From Octopus sinensis (lineage: Eukaryota), in NCBI RefSeq assembly GCF_006345805.1, contig NC_042997.1:127224001-127288000 (forward strand): a stretch of 64,000 bases of DNA, written 5' to 3'. Positions 36,979-50,260 of this stretch are shown here, in pieces. The notes beneath the pieces were generated by a model. The model did not search any database. It saw only the letters and a list, made by a program, of their open reading frames with translations, and was not told the DNA's origin. Numbering within the stretch: the first letter of the stretch is position 1; every line of letters starts with the position of its first letter. The position numbers and the translations under genes were made by a program.

Positions 36979-37188
36979 AGGCTGCGAGCTGGCAGAAGTG
37001 TTAGCATGCTGGGCGGTATTTCGTCTGCCGCTATGTTCTGAGTTCAAATTCTGCTAAGGTCGACTTAGCCTTTCATCCTTTTGGGGTCGATTAAATAAGT
37101 GCCAGTTACGCACTAGGGTCGATGTAATCGACTTAATCCCTTTGTTTGTCCCCTCTATGCTTAGCCTCTTGTGAGCAATAAAGAAAAA
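36979..37188 (+). mobile_element. SINE family B with TSD agaaa(t/c)agctgcca
   Basis: Head ggctgcgagctggcagaa, with a flanking direct repeat. Confidence 0.88.
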
Positions 37189-37473
37189 AGAAACAGCTGC
37201 CAGATCTGTCTCGAATCACACACCTTCCCCTCTTAAAATAGCTACGGCACTTTAAACACATTTGAAGATGAAAGACTGTTTGCTTGATCAGTGGTGATCA
37301 GATATTGGAGCAAAGTAACAACATCAACATCAACAACGGCAACAACAGCAACAATAACAACAATAACAACAGCAACAGCAGCAGCAGTAACAACAACAAC
37401 AACTGTAAGATGCTTAACATGTTGTCAACCAAGGAAACCTAAAAGCTGAAGAGATTTCAATATTGGTTAAGAA

Positions 37474-37704
37474 GGCGGCGAGCTGGCAGAAACGTTAGCA
37501 CGCCAGGTGAAATGCCTGGCGGTGTTTCGTCTGCCGTTACGTTCTGAGTTCAAATTCTGCCGAGGTCGACTTTGCCTTTCATCCTTTCGAGGTCAATTAA
37601 ATAAGTACCAGTAAATCACTGAGGTCGATATAATCGACTTAATTCCCTTGTCTGTCCTTGTTTGTCCCCTCTATTTTTAGCTCCCTGTGGGCAATAAAGA
37701 AATA
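37474..37704 (+). mobile_element. SINE family B, 15-bp TSD
   Basis: TSD aatattggttaagaa at 37459-37473 and 37705-37719. Confidence 0.92.
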
Positions 37705-38534
37705 AATATTGGTTAAGAATAAGACAAAGTAACATTAACAGGAAATTGAACTCGTTCCCATGAAGTTTAAAAGTGCCAAATTCCTTTACTCATTGGTATA
37801 ATTTATCAGCCCTAGAGGTATAAAACACAAATGTGAAGTTGGTGTGATTTGGACAAACAGCCGAGACAGGGATAAACCGCAATACTATCTCCTTCTTTCT
37901 TTCTTTCTCTCTTTTTTCTTTCTTTCTTTCTTCCTTTCTTTCTTTTTTTTCAGCTATTATCATCCTTGCATTGTGTCCGAATGGTTAACAGCATTGAGAA
38001 TGGCTATTTAGGCAGAAAGAAGACTAACATATTAGGTATGACTTAGCTGCATATTCCCCTCTCCTTTGTCTCCTTTCTCTCCCCCCTCCTCCTCTCCTCT
38101 TCATCATCATCATCATCCTCATCATCATTATCATCGTCGTCGTTGTCATCATCATCATCATCATCATCCTTATCATCATTATCATCATCTTCGTCATCAT
38201 CATCATCATTGTCATCATCGTCGTCGTCGTCATCATCATCATCATCATCATCATCATATCTTCATTATCATCATCATCGTCATCATCATCATTTTATGTA
38301 CATTTTACATGTAGACATGGATTGGACAGGAAGTCATGTTTGAGTCAGGGGAATACATATTATTTATTCTCCTAAGAAATATCCATTATCTACACAGCTA
38401 ATTTTTGACTTGGTTTTTATGAATGGATGCTCTTCCCATGAATTAAACAGACTACCTAACACAAAATGAATAATGACTATATATATCTTAAATAGTTTAG
38501 CATATGATATATGTTAGACTATTTTTTTTTGTAT

Positions 38535-38703
38535 AGGCGCAGGAGTGGCTGTGTGGTAAGTAGCTTGCTTACCAACGACATGGTTCTGGGTTCAGTCCCA
38601 CTGCCTGGCACCTTGGACAAGTGTTTTCTACTATAGCCTCAGACCAACCAAAGCCTTGTGAGTGGATTTGGTAGATGGAAACTGAAAGAAGCTTGTCGTA
38701 TAC

Positions 38704-38780
<77 letters not shown>

Positions 38781-39051
38781 GTATGTGTGTGTGTATGTAT
38801 ATATATATATATGTATATATGTGTATATATAAATATATATGTGTGTGTGTGTATGTTTGTGTGTCTATGTTTGTCCCTTCACCATCGCTTGATGCTGGTG
38901 TGTTTACGTCCCCATAACTTAGCGGTTCAGCAAGTATACAATAAGTACTAGGCTTACGAAGAATAAGTCCTGGGGGCGATTTGCTCGACTAAAAGTGGTG
39001 CTCCGGCATGGCCACAGTCAAATGGTTGAAACAAGTAAAAGAGTAAAGAGT
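38535..39051 (+). mobile_element. SINE family A
   Basis: Full head, expanded (TA)n middle and tail. Confidence 0.9.
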
Positions 39052-39551
39052 ATTTATTAAATAGTCTGTCTCAGTTAACAATGTTTACACAAAGCAATGG
39101 ACTTATAGTTTTCTGCTATGTCAATGATTTAATTCTTGGCTGTAAGATTCATCCGTGCTACAGTAAACCAATTTGGTACATCAATGTTATGATATTTGGT
39201 ATATCATATCGATGGCTCTCTGTAAGAAGTTGTCTTGTTGTACCAGTATCCAACTATTAGGTCTTTTTCAAGTGCTTTCCAATTATGTAGTTTGTCTACA
39301 GCTATACAGAAAGCTTTGCAGCCATTTGTGTATATTTGATTGTTGATGTTGGAACAGTATTATTTCCTAAATCTATTTAGTACAATGCATTAAGGTTGAA
39401 ATCTCTCTTTTCAATCCAGATTTTAGTCAACAGTGATTCAAGATCTTCTCAAGAGGTGTCTTTCTTAACAGTAATACTTTCCTTCCTCATTTCCCTATAT
39501 AATGCCTGTGGGTTGTTGGAAGGAGGTTTGTGATTTATAATGGCTTGCTCA

Positions 39552-41345
39552 AAAACAAAGTCATAGTAAGTAGGAAGGCAGACAAATCACAAATCTCTTC
39601 AGGTAGATGGCCCTGCTCCATCTGTAGAAAAGGTGTAGGTAGAAACTCCATAAGATGCACTTGGTGTAAGCTTTGGATCCACAAAAAGTACAGCAACATC
39701 AAAGGAAGGTTAAGAGAGTTATAGGTGTAGGAGTGGCTGTGTGGTAAGTAGCTTGCTTACCAACCACATGGTTCCAGGTTCAGTCCCACTGCGTGGCACC
39801 TTGGGCAAATGTCTTCTACTATAGCCTTAGGCTGACCGAAGCCTTGTGATTGGATTTGGTACATGCAAACTGAAAGAAGCACGTCGTATATATGTATATA
39901 TATATGCATGTGTGTGTATATGTTTGTGTGCCTGTGTTTGTCCCCCCAACATCGCTTGACAACCGATGCTGATGTGTTTACGTCCCCGTCACTTAGCGGT
40001 TTGGCAAAAGAGACCGATAGAATAAGTACTAGGCTTACAAAGAATAAGTCGTGGGGTCGATTTGCTCAACTAAAGGTGGTGCTCCAGCATGGCCACAGTC
40101 AAATGACTGAAACAAGTAAAAGAGTAAAGAGAAACTAACTTTTATATGTGGAAGGTGCTCAAACATAATAAATACTGAACATGTGTGGAAAATAGACTCC
40201 ATCAACTGCCAGGGGAACAAGCTAGAGGAAGTAGATAGCTTCCAGTATCTAGGCAACCAGGTTAGTAGTGAAGGTGTTTGTTCCGAGAGCATAGTTGTGA
40301 AAATACGATTAGGCTGGGCAAAATTCAGAGAGCTCCTGCTCCTGCTGGCAACAAAGAGCTGCTCTCTCTCAGAGTGAAAGGTAGATTGTTCGATGCTTAT
40401 GTGCAAACAGCTATGCTGCATGGCAGTGAAACATGGGCTGTGTCAGCCAAGGACATGTGTAGGCTTGAGAGAAATGAGGCCAGTATGCTTCACTAGATGT
40501 ACAATGTCAGCATGCATGCTATTTTGAGAGAAACGTTATACATAAGAGGAATCAGATGTGGTGTGCAAGAGAAACGATTGCACTGGTATGGTTATGCGAT
40601 GTTTATTTAAGAGGACAGCTGTTTAAAGAAGTGCCATCTAACTGTGGAAAAAAGCTGTGGTAGAGGGAGATCCAGGAAGACATGGGACGAGGTGATGAAA
40701 CATGATCTTTGACCTTTGCATCTCACAGAGGCAATGACTAGTGACTGAGACCTTTGGAGATGTGCTCTGCTTAAGAGGATCCATCAAGCTAAGTGGATCC
40801 GTGCTGACGACATGTAAAAAAAATCCCCATTGAATGTCGTGCCTCATGGAAGCAAAGCAGTTGAGTTCCTTTCGAGTGTTGGGCCTCATGGAGACAAAGC
40901 AGCTGAGTTCCTTTTGAGTGTTGGGCCTCATGGAGGCAAAGTGGTTGAGTTCCTTTCGAGTGTTGGGCCTCACAGAAGTGAGGTGGCTGAGTTTCTTCTA
41001 AGCAGGCCTCACAGAGGTGAGGTGGCTGAGTTCCTTTCGAGCACTGGGCCTCATGGAGAAAAAGTAGCTGAGATCCTTTTAAGTGTTGGGCCTCACGGAG
41101 GCAATGACCAAGACTTTTGGCAATATGTCATACTAGTGAAGAAGCACCATCAAGCTGAACAAAATTGCAGTCATGGCAGATACTGGTGTCACGCAAAAGC
41201 ACCCATTACAGTCTCGGAGTGGTTGGCATTAAGGATATCAAGCTGTAGAAAACCATGCCAAATCACAGCCTTTCAACATGCCATCCCAGTCAACCCATGC
41301 CAGCATGGACAATGGACATTAACTGATGATGATGATGATGATGAT
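39552..41345 (+). mobile_element. RTE-clade LINE 3' portion (Cys/His finger, post-RT region, 42-bp VNTR, 3' tail), interrupted by SINE A at 39723-40129
   Basis: WPCSICRKGVGRNSIRCTWCKLWIHKK, LEEVDSFQYLG, RLGWAKFRELL and KGRLFDAYVQTAMLHGSETW. Ends caacccatgccagcatgg..(GAT)n. Confidence 0.9.
40838..41105 (+). repeat. 42-bp minisatellite x~6 in the RTE 3' UTR
   Basis: Unit gagttcctttcgagtgttgggcctcatggagacaaagcagct. This explains the ORF at 40830. Confidence 0.9.
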
Positions 41346-41639
41346 AGTGAAGTTTTTTGCTCATTCTGAGTTTGTTTTTAAAAATTTTCTTTCAAGAGTT
41401 TATCTTGAAGAATTGCCATTCAGTTTTGCAAATTTTTGCAGAAGACGTAATTGGTGGGGTATGAACTCATTATTCTCTTCACATTTCTCTATCATTATTA
41501 ACTATCAAATATAGCAGCATAAGCCGTCAATGATTCCTTCAAGCTTTGTTCTCCATCTAGTTTGCTTCCATTAAATGGTGTAAAAACAATGTATACTGCA
41601 GTATCTCCTAGGTAGTCTTCAAAGGTGATAGCAGCAGCG

Positions 41640-42790
41640 TATCATTATCATTTAACGTCTGTTTTCTATGCTGGCATGGGTTGGATGATTTGACCAGAGC
41701 TGGCAAGCTGGAGAGCTGGTTTGGCTCGGTTTTTACAGCTGGATGCGCTTCCTAACACCAAAAACGTTACAGTGTGTTCTGGGTGCTTTTAATGTGGTAC
41801 TGCATGATTGCTTTTGTGTGGCACTGGCACAAGGGCTTTTTATATGGCACCAACACAGGACTCTTACAGGCCAATCCTTATCATCAGGGGAACAGCCTTA
41901 ATACATCTGCTGTAGAGTAGGGTGTTCTTAAGCACAGCAAGGTGCCAGGTATGTTTGTCCGTTGTCATCTTATCTGAAAGTTTCCGCATCCAGAGGTCAG
42001 CCTTCAGTACTTTGTCCCATGCCTTTCTGGGTCTCCCTCTTCCATGTGTTCTATCTACTTTGAGAGATCAGCACTTCTTTATGGAGCTGTTGGCATCCAT
42101 GACCAAACCAGTGCAGTCTTCTCTTTTGCACACAGCATCTAATTCCTCTTATGCCTAACTTCTCTCTCTCTCAATACACCAGCACTCTGTTGAACATATA
42201 CACTTACATTACATATCCCAGTGGAATGCACTAACCTTATTTCTCTCTAGCCTTCACATGTTATCTGAATTCAGGGACCATGTGTCACTACCATGTAGAA
42301 TTGCAGTCTGTATACATGCATCATAAAATCTTCCTTTCACTCAGAGAGTGAAACCTTTGGTTTCCAACAGAGGTAACAGCTCTCTGAATTTCCTCCCTCA
42401 CATTTGTATACTAGCTCTCTGTACATCATTCCTCTCACCTAATTTGGTCCCCTGGGTAGCACAAATTATTCACTACCTCTAAAGAGTCTCTGGGGTATTT
42501 GAGATAATGATTTCCTGAGTATCTGTAATTTTTATGGTTCCTGTGCATCTTTCACATACAAAAACTATCTGCTCTGATAACCTTCCTATTATTCCACTGC
42601 ACCTCTAGTGTGTCCATAGCTTACACTGTGTTAACTCTATGGAATTCCTACCAACATCTTTCTTACAAATTAAGCAAGGCCACCAAACTGAAGTCTGCTT
42701 TCTTGCTAAAATTTTAGGCTTTGCTAAGTTAACCTTAAAGCCCTTAGATTCCAGGTTTTGCTTCCACACTTGGAATTTCTCTTCTAGTTC
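41640..42790 (-). mobile_element. Second RTE LINE 3' fragment in inverted orientation
   Basis: Minus strand encodes KFQVWKQNLESKGFKVNLAK, ICKKDVGRNSIE and KGRFYDACIQTAILHGSDTW. Tail at 41640-41860. Confidence 0.85.
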
Positions 42791-43681
42791 TGATATAAAA
42801 ATCTTCTATGAGGTTTAAGATCACAGTGCATATGTCTGTATCATTGTGATTTACTGAGAGAAGGAAAGAAGTTTTCATGAGTCTCACTTCTGGGCATCTC
42901 AGATATGTCTGAGGAAGCGGATACAGTATGCTTGTACTGATGATCAGAGACTGAAAACTTACAAAAGAATTGGCTCTGCTAAAAATCCCTGTTGAACCAG
43001 GTGACAGATTTAGGTCTACTACAAGGGTTGCCAGAGAGGGATATTATTCACAACCCTGAACATTAAAGAGTGTACTGCAGCAGTTCTAATAAAAAACAAA
43101 CATGTTGGGATGCAATAGCGACATAGTATTATAATTTCTGATTTTCAGATGTAAGAATGGAAACACTTTCATTCTGAGTCATTTGAGTGGCACTTGTAAG
43201 TTGTTAACTGGGAAATCTGACATAAAGAGCTTAAGTTATCATAAGAAATCTCTCACTAACAGATTAAAACATCATTCTTGACCTCCAAGACCCTCCTCTA
43301 CTTATTGAAAACAAAAGGAGGATACTTCATGATCAGTGACATTGCATGTGACATTTTCAGAGGTTGTTTCTAGAATTTTTGAATTCAAAACAAACAAATG
43401 ACTTTATCCTTTTGAAATGGCAATGAAAAGTGTGTCTCACTAAAACCTGAAGACATAATGACGCAAGAAGCTAATATGGATATTGAATGTCTATGAAGCT
43501 TATTTCTATGACTTATTGATATTTCCATATAGCAGAAAATATGACACCACTAAGGGAAAGGTGAGAAAGAAAAGAAAGGGTGGGTGAGAGATAGAAAGAA
43601 GAGGATGTAGGATTTCTAAGAACAGATTGCAGTGGTGCTTTTTTTTTCTGTTTGTTTATTTTTGTTTTGTTGTTGTTGCAG

Positions 43682-43724
43682 AACAGCATTGTTGAGTTAG
43701 AGATCAAAAACAAACATTTCTAAG
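43682..43724 (+). other. Candidate 43-nt exon, probably non-coding or containing a stop
   Basis: Long T-rich tract ending tgcag|, donor AAG|gtaaga. All three frames contain a stop. Confidence 0.35.
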
Positions 43725-44663
43725 GTAAGAAATATCATGTTTAATATTTGTCATGCCATGATATTTATGTATTATCAACTGATGGGACAGAATTCGACCA
43801 TGATTTACTACCTCATGTTTTGGGAATTTTATTTTCTTTTTTGGAAATATTGCTTTATTTTGTAAATTGTAAAAGATAGAGAAAATTATATGGATTGCTT
43901 AAAATCTCTTGGCATCACAATACTGATGTTTTGAGAAAGTGATAATTTGACAAATCAGATGTTAGAGAATGGCTGATTCTAGTAAGAGGTAATCCTGGCT
44001 CTATTCCGAAATTATACCCCAACCAAAACAAAACAAAAAATAAATACAAAAATGGTAAATCTCATTGAGTCCAACAAATAGATGAATCTGTTGATATTAG
44101 TTGAATAGTTTTGCGCCAACAAGGGAAACTTTTACACTGTCATACAACCGGTTAGAAAAATAGCAGCTAAACCTCTCTTGCACTCTACACTACTGCCTGA
44201 AAAAAAATGGGAAAATTGGAGGTCTTGTAAACTAGGGGTCATGAGTTCAATCCTCACTAGGGCTTCTGCTAGAACTTCTTTTCTGATAGGTGCAAGCATG
44301 GTTGTGTGCTTGCTTTGTAGCTTCATGGTTTTGGATTCAGTACCACAGAGGGGTGCCTTCTACTATAGTCTAGGTTGACCAATGCTATGTGAGTGAATTT
44401 GATAAATGGAAACAGTGTGGAAGCCTCACACACACACATGTGCAATTGTTAATCCAGTAATGTTTTTTCCTCTCTCCATTTTATTCCTTCTCTCCATCTC
44501 ATTTCTTTCCTAGTTCCTTTCTATAGAAGAGCATAGAGTCAAAACATCAAAGACTTTTCCATTTTTACTGAGCATCAAACTAATGCAGTCTGTTTGTTGT
44601 TCCCTCACCTGTTTCTGTGTCTTTTGTTTTTTTTTTGTGCAATTTTGAACAATATATTTATAT

Positions 44664-44664
<1 letters not shown>

Positions 44665-44708
<44 letters not shown>

Positions 44709-45037
44709 GTCATCATTGTCGTCGTCATCATCATTGTCGTCATTGTTGTCATCATCATTTACTATCTGCTTTCCATGCTGGCATGAGTTAGAAGGTTTGA
44801 CTGGAGCTGGTAAGCCACAGAGCTGTACCAGGCTGCGCTCTGATTTTGCCTTGGTTTCTACTGTTGGATTCCCTTCCTAATGACAACCAATCCACTGAGT
44901 GTAGTGTGTCCCTTGTACGTGTCACTGGCATGAGTGCCTTTAACATGTCACCAGCATGGGTGCCTTCTACGTGTCACCAGCACGGGTGCCTTTTATGTGT
45001 CACTGGTATGAGTGCCTTTTTCAATGTGTCACCGGTA
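44665..45037 (-). mobile_element. RTE 3'-tail element with ~21-bp repeats
   Basis: (CAT)n, gctttccatgctggcatg, and repeated gtgtcacc(a/g)gca(t/c)g(a/g)gtgcctt. Confidence 0.8.
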
Positions 45038-45099
45038 TATATAAATATATGTTGTATGTATGTATGTATGTATGTATGTATTATGTATGTATGTATGTA

Positions 45100-45130
<31 letters not shown>

Positions 45131-45341
45131 CTTTGTGTTTGTTTGGCCCCTACAACCACTTAACAACCAGTGTAGGTTTGTTTATATCTTGAGGTCTGGC
45201 AAAAAGAAAAAAAATAAGTACCAGGGATAAAAACAAGTCCTGGAGTCCATTTGTTTAACTAAACAAATTGAGGAAGTGCTCCAGCATGGCCACAGTCCAA
45301 TGACTGAAGCAAGTTAAGGCTAAAAAGATAATGTTGTTCTA

Positions 45342-45907
45342 TTGAGTTGTCCAGAAAGTTTGTGCCGATTTTTAAAGGAAAGAAAAAGGTCAATAAATAC
45401 TTGCCATTACATTCTTAATCAACCAAATATGAACCATTTTATTGCACAATGCGTCTCCATCTTTCCTTTTACTTGAAAATACCCTCTTCCCAGAACTGAA
45501 GCGGTTTCATGGCAAAGAACTCATTGAGGTATCTTTTTACGTCATTCAAGGAATTGAAATTTTTTCCATTAAGATTATTCTGCAGAGACCTGAATAAGTG
45601 GAAACCTGAAGGAGCAATATCTGGTGAATATGGAGGGGGAGGTAACACATCCCAACCGAGCTGCAGCAATTTTTGTCTGGTTCCCAAAGCATCAAGTGCC
45701 GAAAATGAACTTTCTTATCTCCCATTTTAAAGGGTTACAGAATTTACACAGGTTATAGGAACATAAACTTTCTTCCATGAAAAGATAGCTTAAACTGTGC
45801 TCTAAATGGAGTTGTAGTGAAATCCTATTTTATGGACTCAACCATGTTCTAAAATAAGTTGAAAGGTAAGCTACTATAAATCGGCATGAACTTTCCAGAC
45901 AACCCAA
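45342..45907 (-). mobile_element. Internally deleted mariner element (566 bp)
   Basis: TIRs ttgagttgtccagaaagtttgtgccgattt / aaatcggcatgaactttccagacaacccaa with TA TSD. Encodes LGWDVLPPPPYSPDIAPSGFHLFRSL. Confidence 0.93.
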
Positions 45908-47145
45908 TAGATTATATAAATGAAGATTGGATGATCAAGTCTGGAACATCTTTGATCACAGATCTGGTCAATAGGTGTTGATCTGGGTTTAAACAACAAG
46001 AAGACTTGAACTCTGGTTTTTTGAGAGATATTGATTCTTCGATTTGTTTTTCACATCTGGAGGTCATTATTTCCATCTCATGCCACTTTGACCATTTTGA
46101 AAGCTGTGCCATTGCTATGGTATTTAAATTTCATGAAAGAATGACCTGTAATGAACCTTTTACACACCCCCAAATTTGATATTGTAAATCCCTTAAACCA
46201 AAATTTATCTAATCAGCCTCTCTAACCATTTTACACAGTTTCCATTAATTAAAGAAATATTTAATTGATCATTTGTAACATATGTTTAATAGTGTGTGTG
46301 TGCATGTGTATGTGTATGTGTGTATACATTTACATGTGTATGCGCATGTGTGTATCTGCATGTGTATGAGTGTGCACGATTACACATATGTATATGTGTA
46401 TGTACATATGTGTATATGTATGCATATGCTTGTATGTGCATGTATGTGCTTGTATGTGAATGTATATCTGTGTGTGTAGGCATGTCCATGTATGTGCATG
46501 ATTGTGTGAATGCGTGATTATCAGTGCAATAATGTTACCAAATATTTTTCATTTTTCTTTTTAGATGTTAATTGTTTAAGAAGTTTGATAGTATGGTCTT
46601 GTCCAAGAAAGAGACTGGACAGTGTTTTGTCTGGAAATTATTTTATATTTATTGATTTTACAATAAAGATTTGAAGAATTTGTTCAACTTATTTAAAGAG
46701 AGTGCTATTTACACAGGGCAGTTAATGATAAGCTTGCTGAGATCAATAACTCTCAATATTTGCACATTCGCTGATAATTTATTGATCGTTATGGAAAATC
46801 ACAGTTAAAATGCATATTTATATTTTCACTCTGCAAATATTAATTGAAAAATTAAATTAATAATTCATTTTCTTTGGTGATATTTGAAAACATTAGAAAC
46901 TTGTAGTTATCTGCAACAGATTGAGGTCATTGCAGGAATTCAAAGTCTAAACAGAATCATTGAAAACATTTGACAGAAGTGCTAGGTTTCAGTCGATGGC
47001 GCTGCTGGTGGTTGATATTGGAGAGCATTGAAGAGGTGTTTTGATTTATTTGGTATCTAACTATTGCAAGTTCAAATCCTACCATGGTAGATCTTCCCTT
47101 TCTGCAAGGAGCAATAAAACAGGTTCTAGTAATGTATTGAAGTTC

Positions 47146-47558
47146 TCTCTTTTACTCTTTTACTTGTTTTAGTCATTTCACTGTGGCCATGCTGGAGCAC
47201 TGCCTTTTGTCGAGCAAATCGACCCTGGGACTTATTCTTTGTAAGCCTAGTACTTATTCTATCAGATCCTTTTGCCGAACTGCTAAGTTACAGGGACGCA
47301 AACACACCAGCATCGGTTGTCAAGTGATGTTGTGAGGACAAACACAGACACACAAACATATATACATTCATACATACGTATATATATATATATACGACGG
47401 GCTTCTTTTAATTTCCATCTACCAAATCCACTCACAAGGCTTTGGTCGGCCAAAGGCTATAGTAGAAGACACTTGCCCAAGGTGCCACACAATGCGACTG
47501 AACCCGGAACCATGTGGTTTACAAGCAAGCTACACACCACACAGCCACTCCTATGCCT
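47146..47558 (-). mobile_element. SINE family A
   Basis: Family A reverse complement. Its 3' flank is shared with 26071-26200. Confidence 0.9.
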
Positions 47559-47616
47559 AGGTTTATTTAAATAATTATAACACTTTTCTACAAAATAGAA
47601 ATGTTTTACTTTTCAG

Positions 47617-47647
47617 CCAGAGTAGTACTCTTTGTAACACTTCTGAG
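47617..47647 (+). other. Candidate micro-exon (31 nt, or 27 nt from the second CAG)
   Basis: Acceptor ttttacttttcag| and donor GAG|gtaaga. Confidence 0.3.
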
Positions 47648-48009
47648 GTAAGATTCTAATATGCAGATGTTATTATTGTTATTGTTTATAAGATAGTAGA
47701 GGATGGCAAGCTGGCCGAATCATTAGCATGCCTGACAAAAAGCTAAAGGGACATTTCATGTTCTGAGTTCAAATTCTGCCAAAGTAGACTTTACTTTTAA
47801 GTACCAGTTGAGTATTGGGGTTGATGTAATGGATTGGTTTCCTCCCACTGAAATCTTCAGTGTTTGTGCCTGTAGCAGAAATGATTATTTATAAGGAAGT
47901 GGCAGAATTGTCAGCTGTCAGACAAAATGCTTCGTGGCATTTCTTCTGACCCTCTATATCCTGAGCTCAAATTCTACTTAGGTTCAGTTTGCTTTTTAAT
48001 TTTTTGAGT

Positions 48010-48614
48010 AGTTGTGTGGTAAGTAGCTTGCTTACCAACCATATGGTTCTGGGTTCAGTCCCACTGGGTGGCACCTTGGGCAAGTGTCTTCTACTATAGC
48101 CTCAGGCCGACTAAAGCCTTGTGAGTGGATTTGGTAGACGGAAACTGAAAGAAGCCTATCGTATATATGTATATGCATATATTCGAGTGAGGTCATTGCC
48201 AGTGCTGCTGGACTGGCTCCTGTGCAGGTGGCATGTAAAAAACACCATTTGAGCGCGACCGTTACCAGTACCACCTGACTGGCTCTTGTAGAAACTCTGC
48301 TAGATCAAGATTGGAGCCTAATGCACCCATTTGATACGCCGCTCCTCAGTCAAATCATCCAACCCATACTAGCATGGAAAGCAGACATTAAACGATGATG
48401 ATGATTAAACGATGGTGATGTGTGTTTGTCCCCCCCACCATTGCTTGACAACTGATGCTGGTGTGTTTACGTCCCCGTAACTTAGCAGTTCGGCAAAAGA
48501 GACCAATAGAATAAGTACTAGGCTTACAAAGAATAAGTCCCAGGGTCGATTTACTCAACTAAAGGCGGTACTCCAGCATGGCCACAGTCAAATGACTGAA
48601 ACAAGTAAAAGAGC
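48010..48614 (+). mobile_element. SINE family A with an RTE-tail element nested in its central microsatellite (48185-48420)
   Basis: A head, RTE tail ending gacattaaacgatgatg, then A tail. Confidence 0.85.
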
Positions 48615-49952
48615 AAATATCATAAGTACCAGCTGAGCACTGGGGCTGTTGCAATCAGCTGGCAAAATCGTTAGTAGATCAGAAATTCTGCCAAAGTTGA
48701 CCTTGTTTTCATCCTTTCAGGGTCAATAAAATAAAGTATAACTCAAGCTCTGGGTCTGATACAATCAACTACTACTCTCCCCCAAATTTAAAACCTTGAG
48801 TTTTATTAGAAAGAGTTATTATTGTCATTTATTAATAAAGTACCAGTCAAGTACTGGGGTCAATGTAATTGATTAACCCCGTCCCTCTAAAATTACTGGA
48901 CATCCACCAAAGTTTGAAACAATTATTATTATTCATTGTTGCCAAGGCAACAAGCTGGCAGAATTGTTAGCATGCCAGGCAAAATTCTTAACAACATTTT
49001 GTCTGCCTTTATGTTCTGAATTCAAATTCTACTGAGGTTCACTTTGCTTTTCAACCTTTCGGGGTTGATGAATTAATGATCGGAGGGGACAAATGTAATC
49101 AACTCAGCCCCTCCGCCCCAAATTTCAGGCCTTGTTCATATAGTAGAAAGGATTTATTATTACCAAGGCAGTATGAAGACACATGGATCAGTGGTTAGAG
49201 CATTGGGCTTATAACTGTGAGGTTGTGTGCTTGATTCCCAGGCTGGGCTGTGTGTTGAGCTCTTGAACAAGACTCTTTACTTCATGCTACACCTCTTCAC
49301 TTAACTATAGAAATATGATGTCACTGGTGCCAAGCTGCATTAGCCTTTGCATTTCCCTTGAACAGCATCAGTGTGGAGAGGAGAGGCTGGTATGCATGGG
49401 TGACCACTGATCTTCCATGAACAACCTTGCCTGGACTTGTGCCTCAGAGGGGAACTTTCTTGATACAATCCCATGGTCATTCGTGACCAAAGGGTTTTTT
49501 TTCTTTCACTAAGGTAGTGAGCTGGCAGCATCATTAGAGCATCTGAAAAAGTGCTGAATGGTATTTGGCTGAAGATTTACATTCTGAATTCAAATCCCAC
49601 TGAGGTGAACTTCACCTTTCATCTCTTCTTCAATAATTTTGTTTACATAAACATACTCATATATAAAATGTAACTTTCAGTGCTGACTCTAAATTCTATA
49701 GAATATCTATAGAGGTGACTTTAAAGAGTGACTGAATTGCACTGCTAACACAGGTAGGATACAATATTGACTTATAGGCTTTTTGCATACTTGGATGGAT
49801 ATTATGGTTAGATAATGAAATATGGTGTCCCTATTAGCAATTAGTATGATAAAATAAGTTCTGTTTAGATACTAGGGTTGATGATTTTAATGAAAGCCTT
49901 CACTTGAAAATTGCTGGCTTTTTGCATAAATTAGAAGCATTTATTATTATAA

Positions 49953-50260
49953 GGTGGAGGTGCAATAGCCCAGTGGTTAAGGCAGCGAACTCGTGGTTGG
50001 AGGATCACAGTTTCGATTCCCAGACCAGGCATTGTGTGTTTATTGAGCAAAAACATCTAAAGCTCCACAAGGCTCTGACAGGGGATGGTGGCGACCCCTG
50101 TTGTACTCTTTCGTCCCAACTTTCTCTCTCACTCTTTCTTCCTGTTTCTTGAGTAACGCTGCGATGGACTGGTGTCCCACCCAGCTGGGGGGAACACATA
50201 CTCCACAGAAACCAGGAGACCGAGCCCATGAACCTGGTTAGGCTTGAAAAGGGTGCATAA
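49953..50260 (+). mobile_element. SINE family C (body X + tail 1)
   Basis: Head gtggaggtgcaatagcccagtggttaaggc, body ctaaagctccacaaggctctg.., tail gagtaacgctgcgatggactgg..aaaagggtgc. Confidence 0.88.

Noticed and set aside
40830-41369. 179-aa ORF with 14-aa repeats
   Set aside because: It is the product of a 42-bp VNTR in a LINE 3' UTR.
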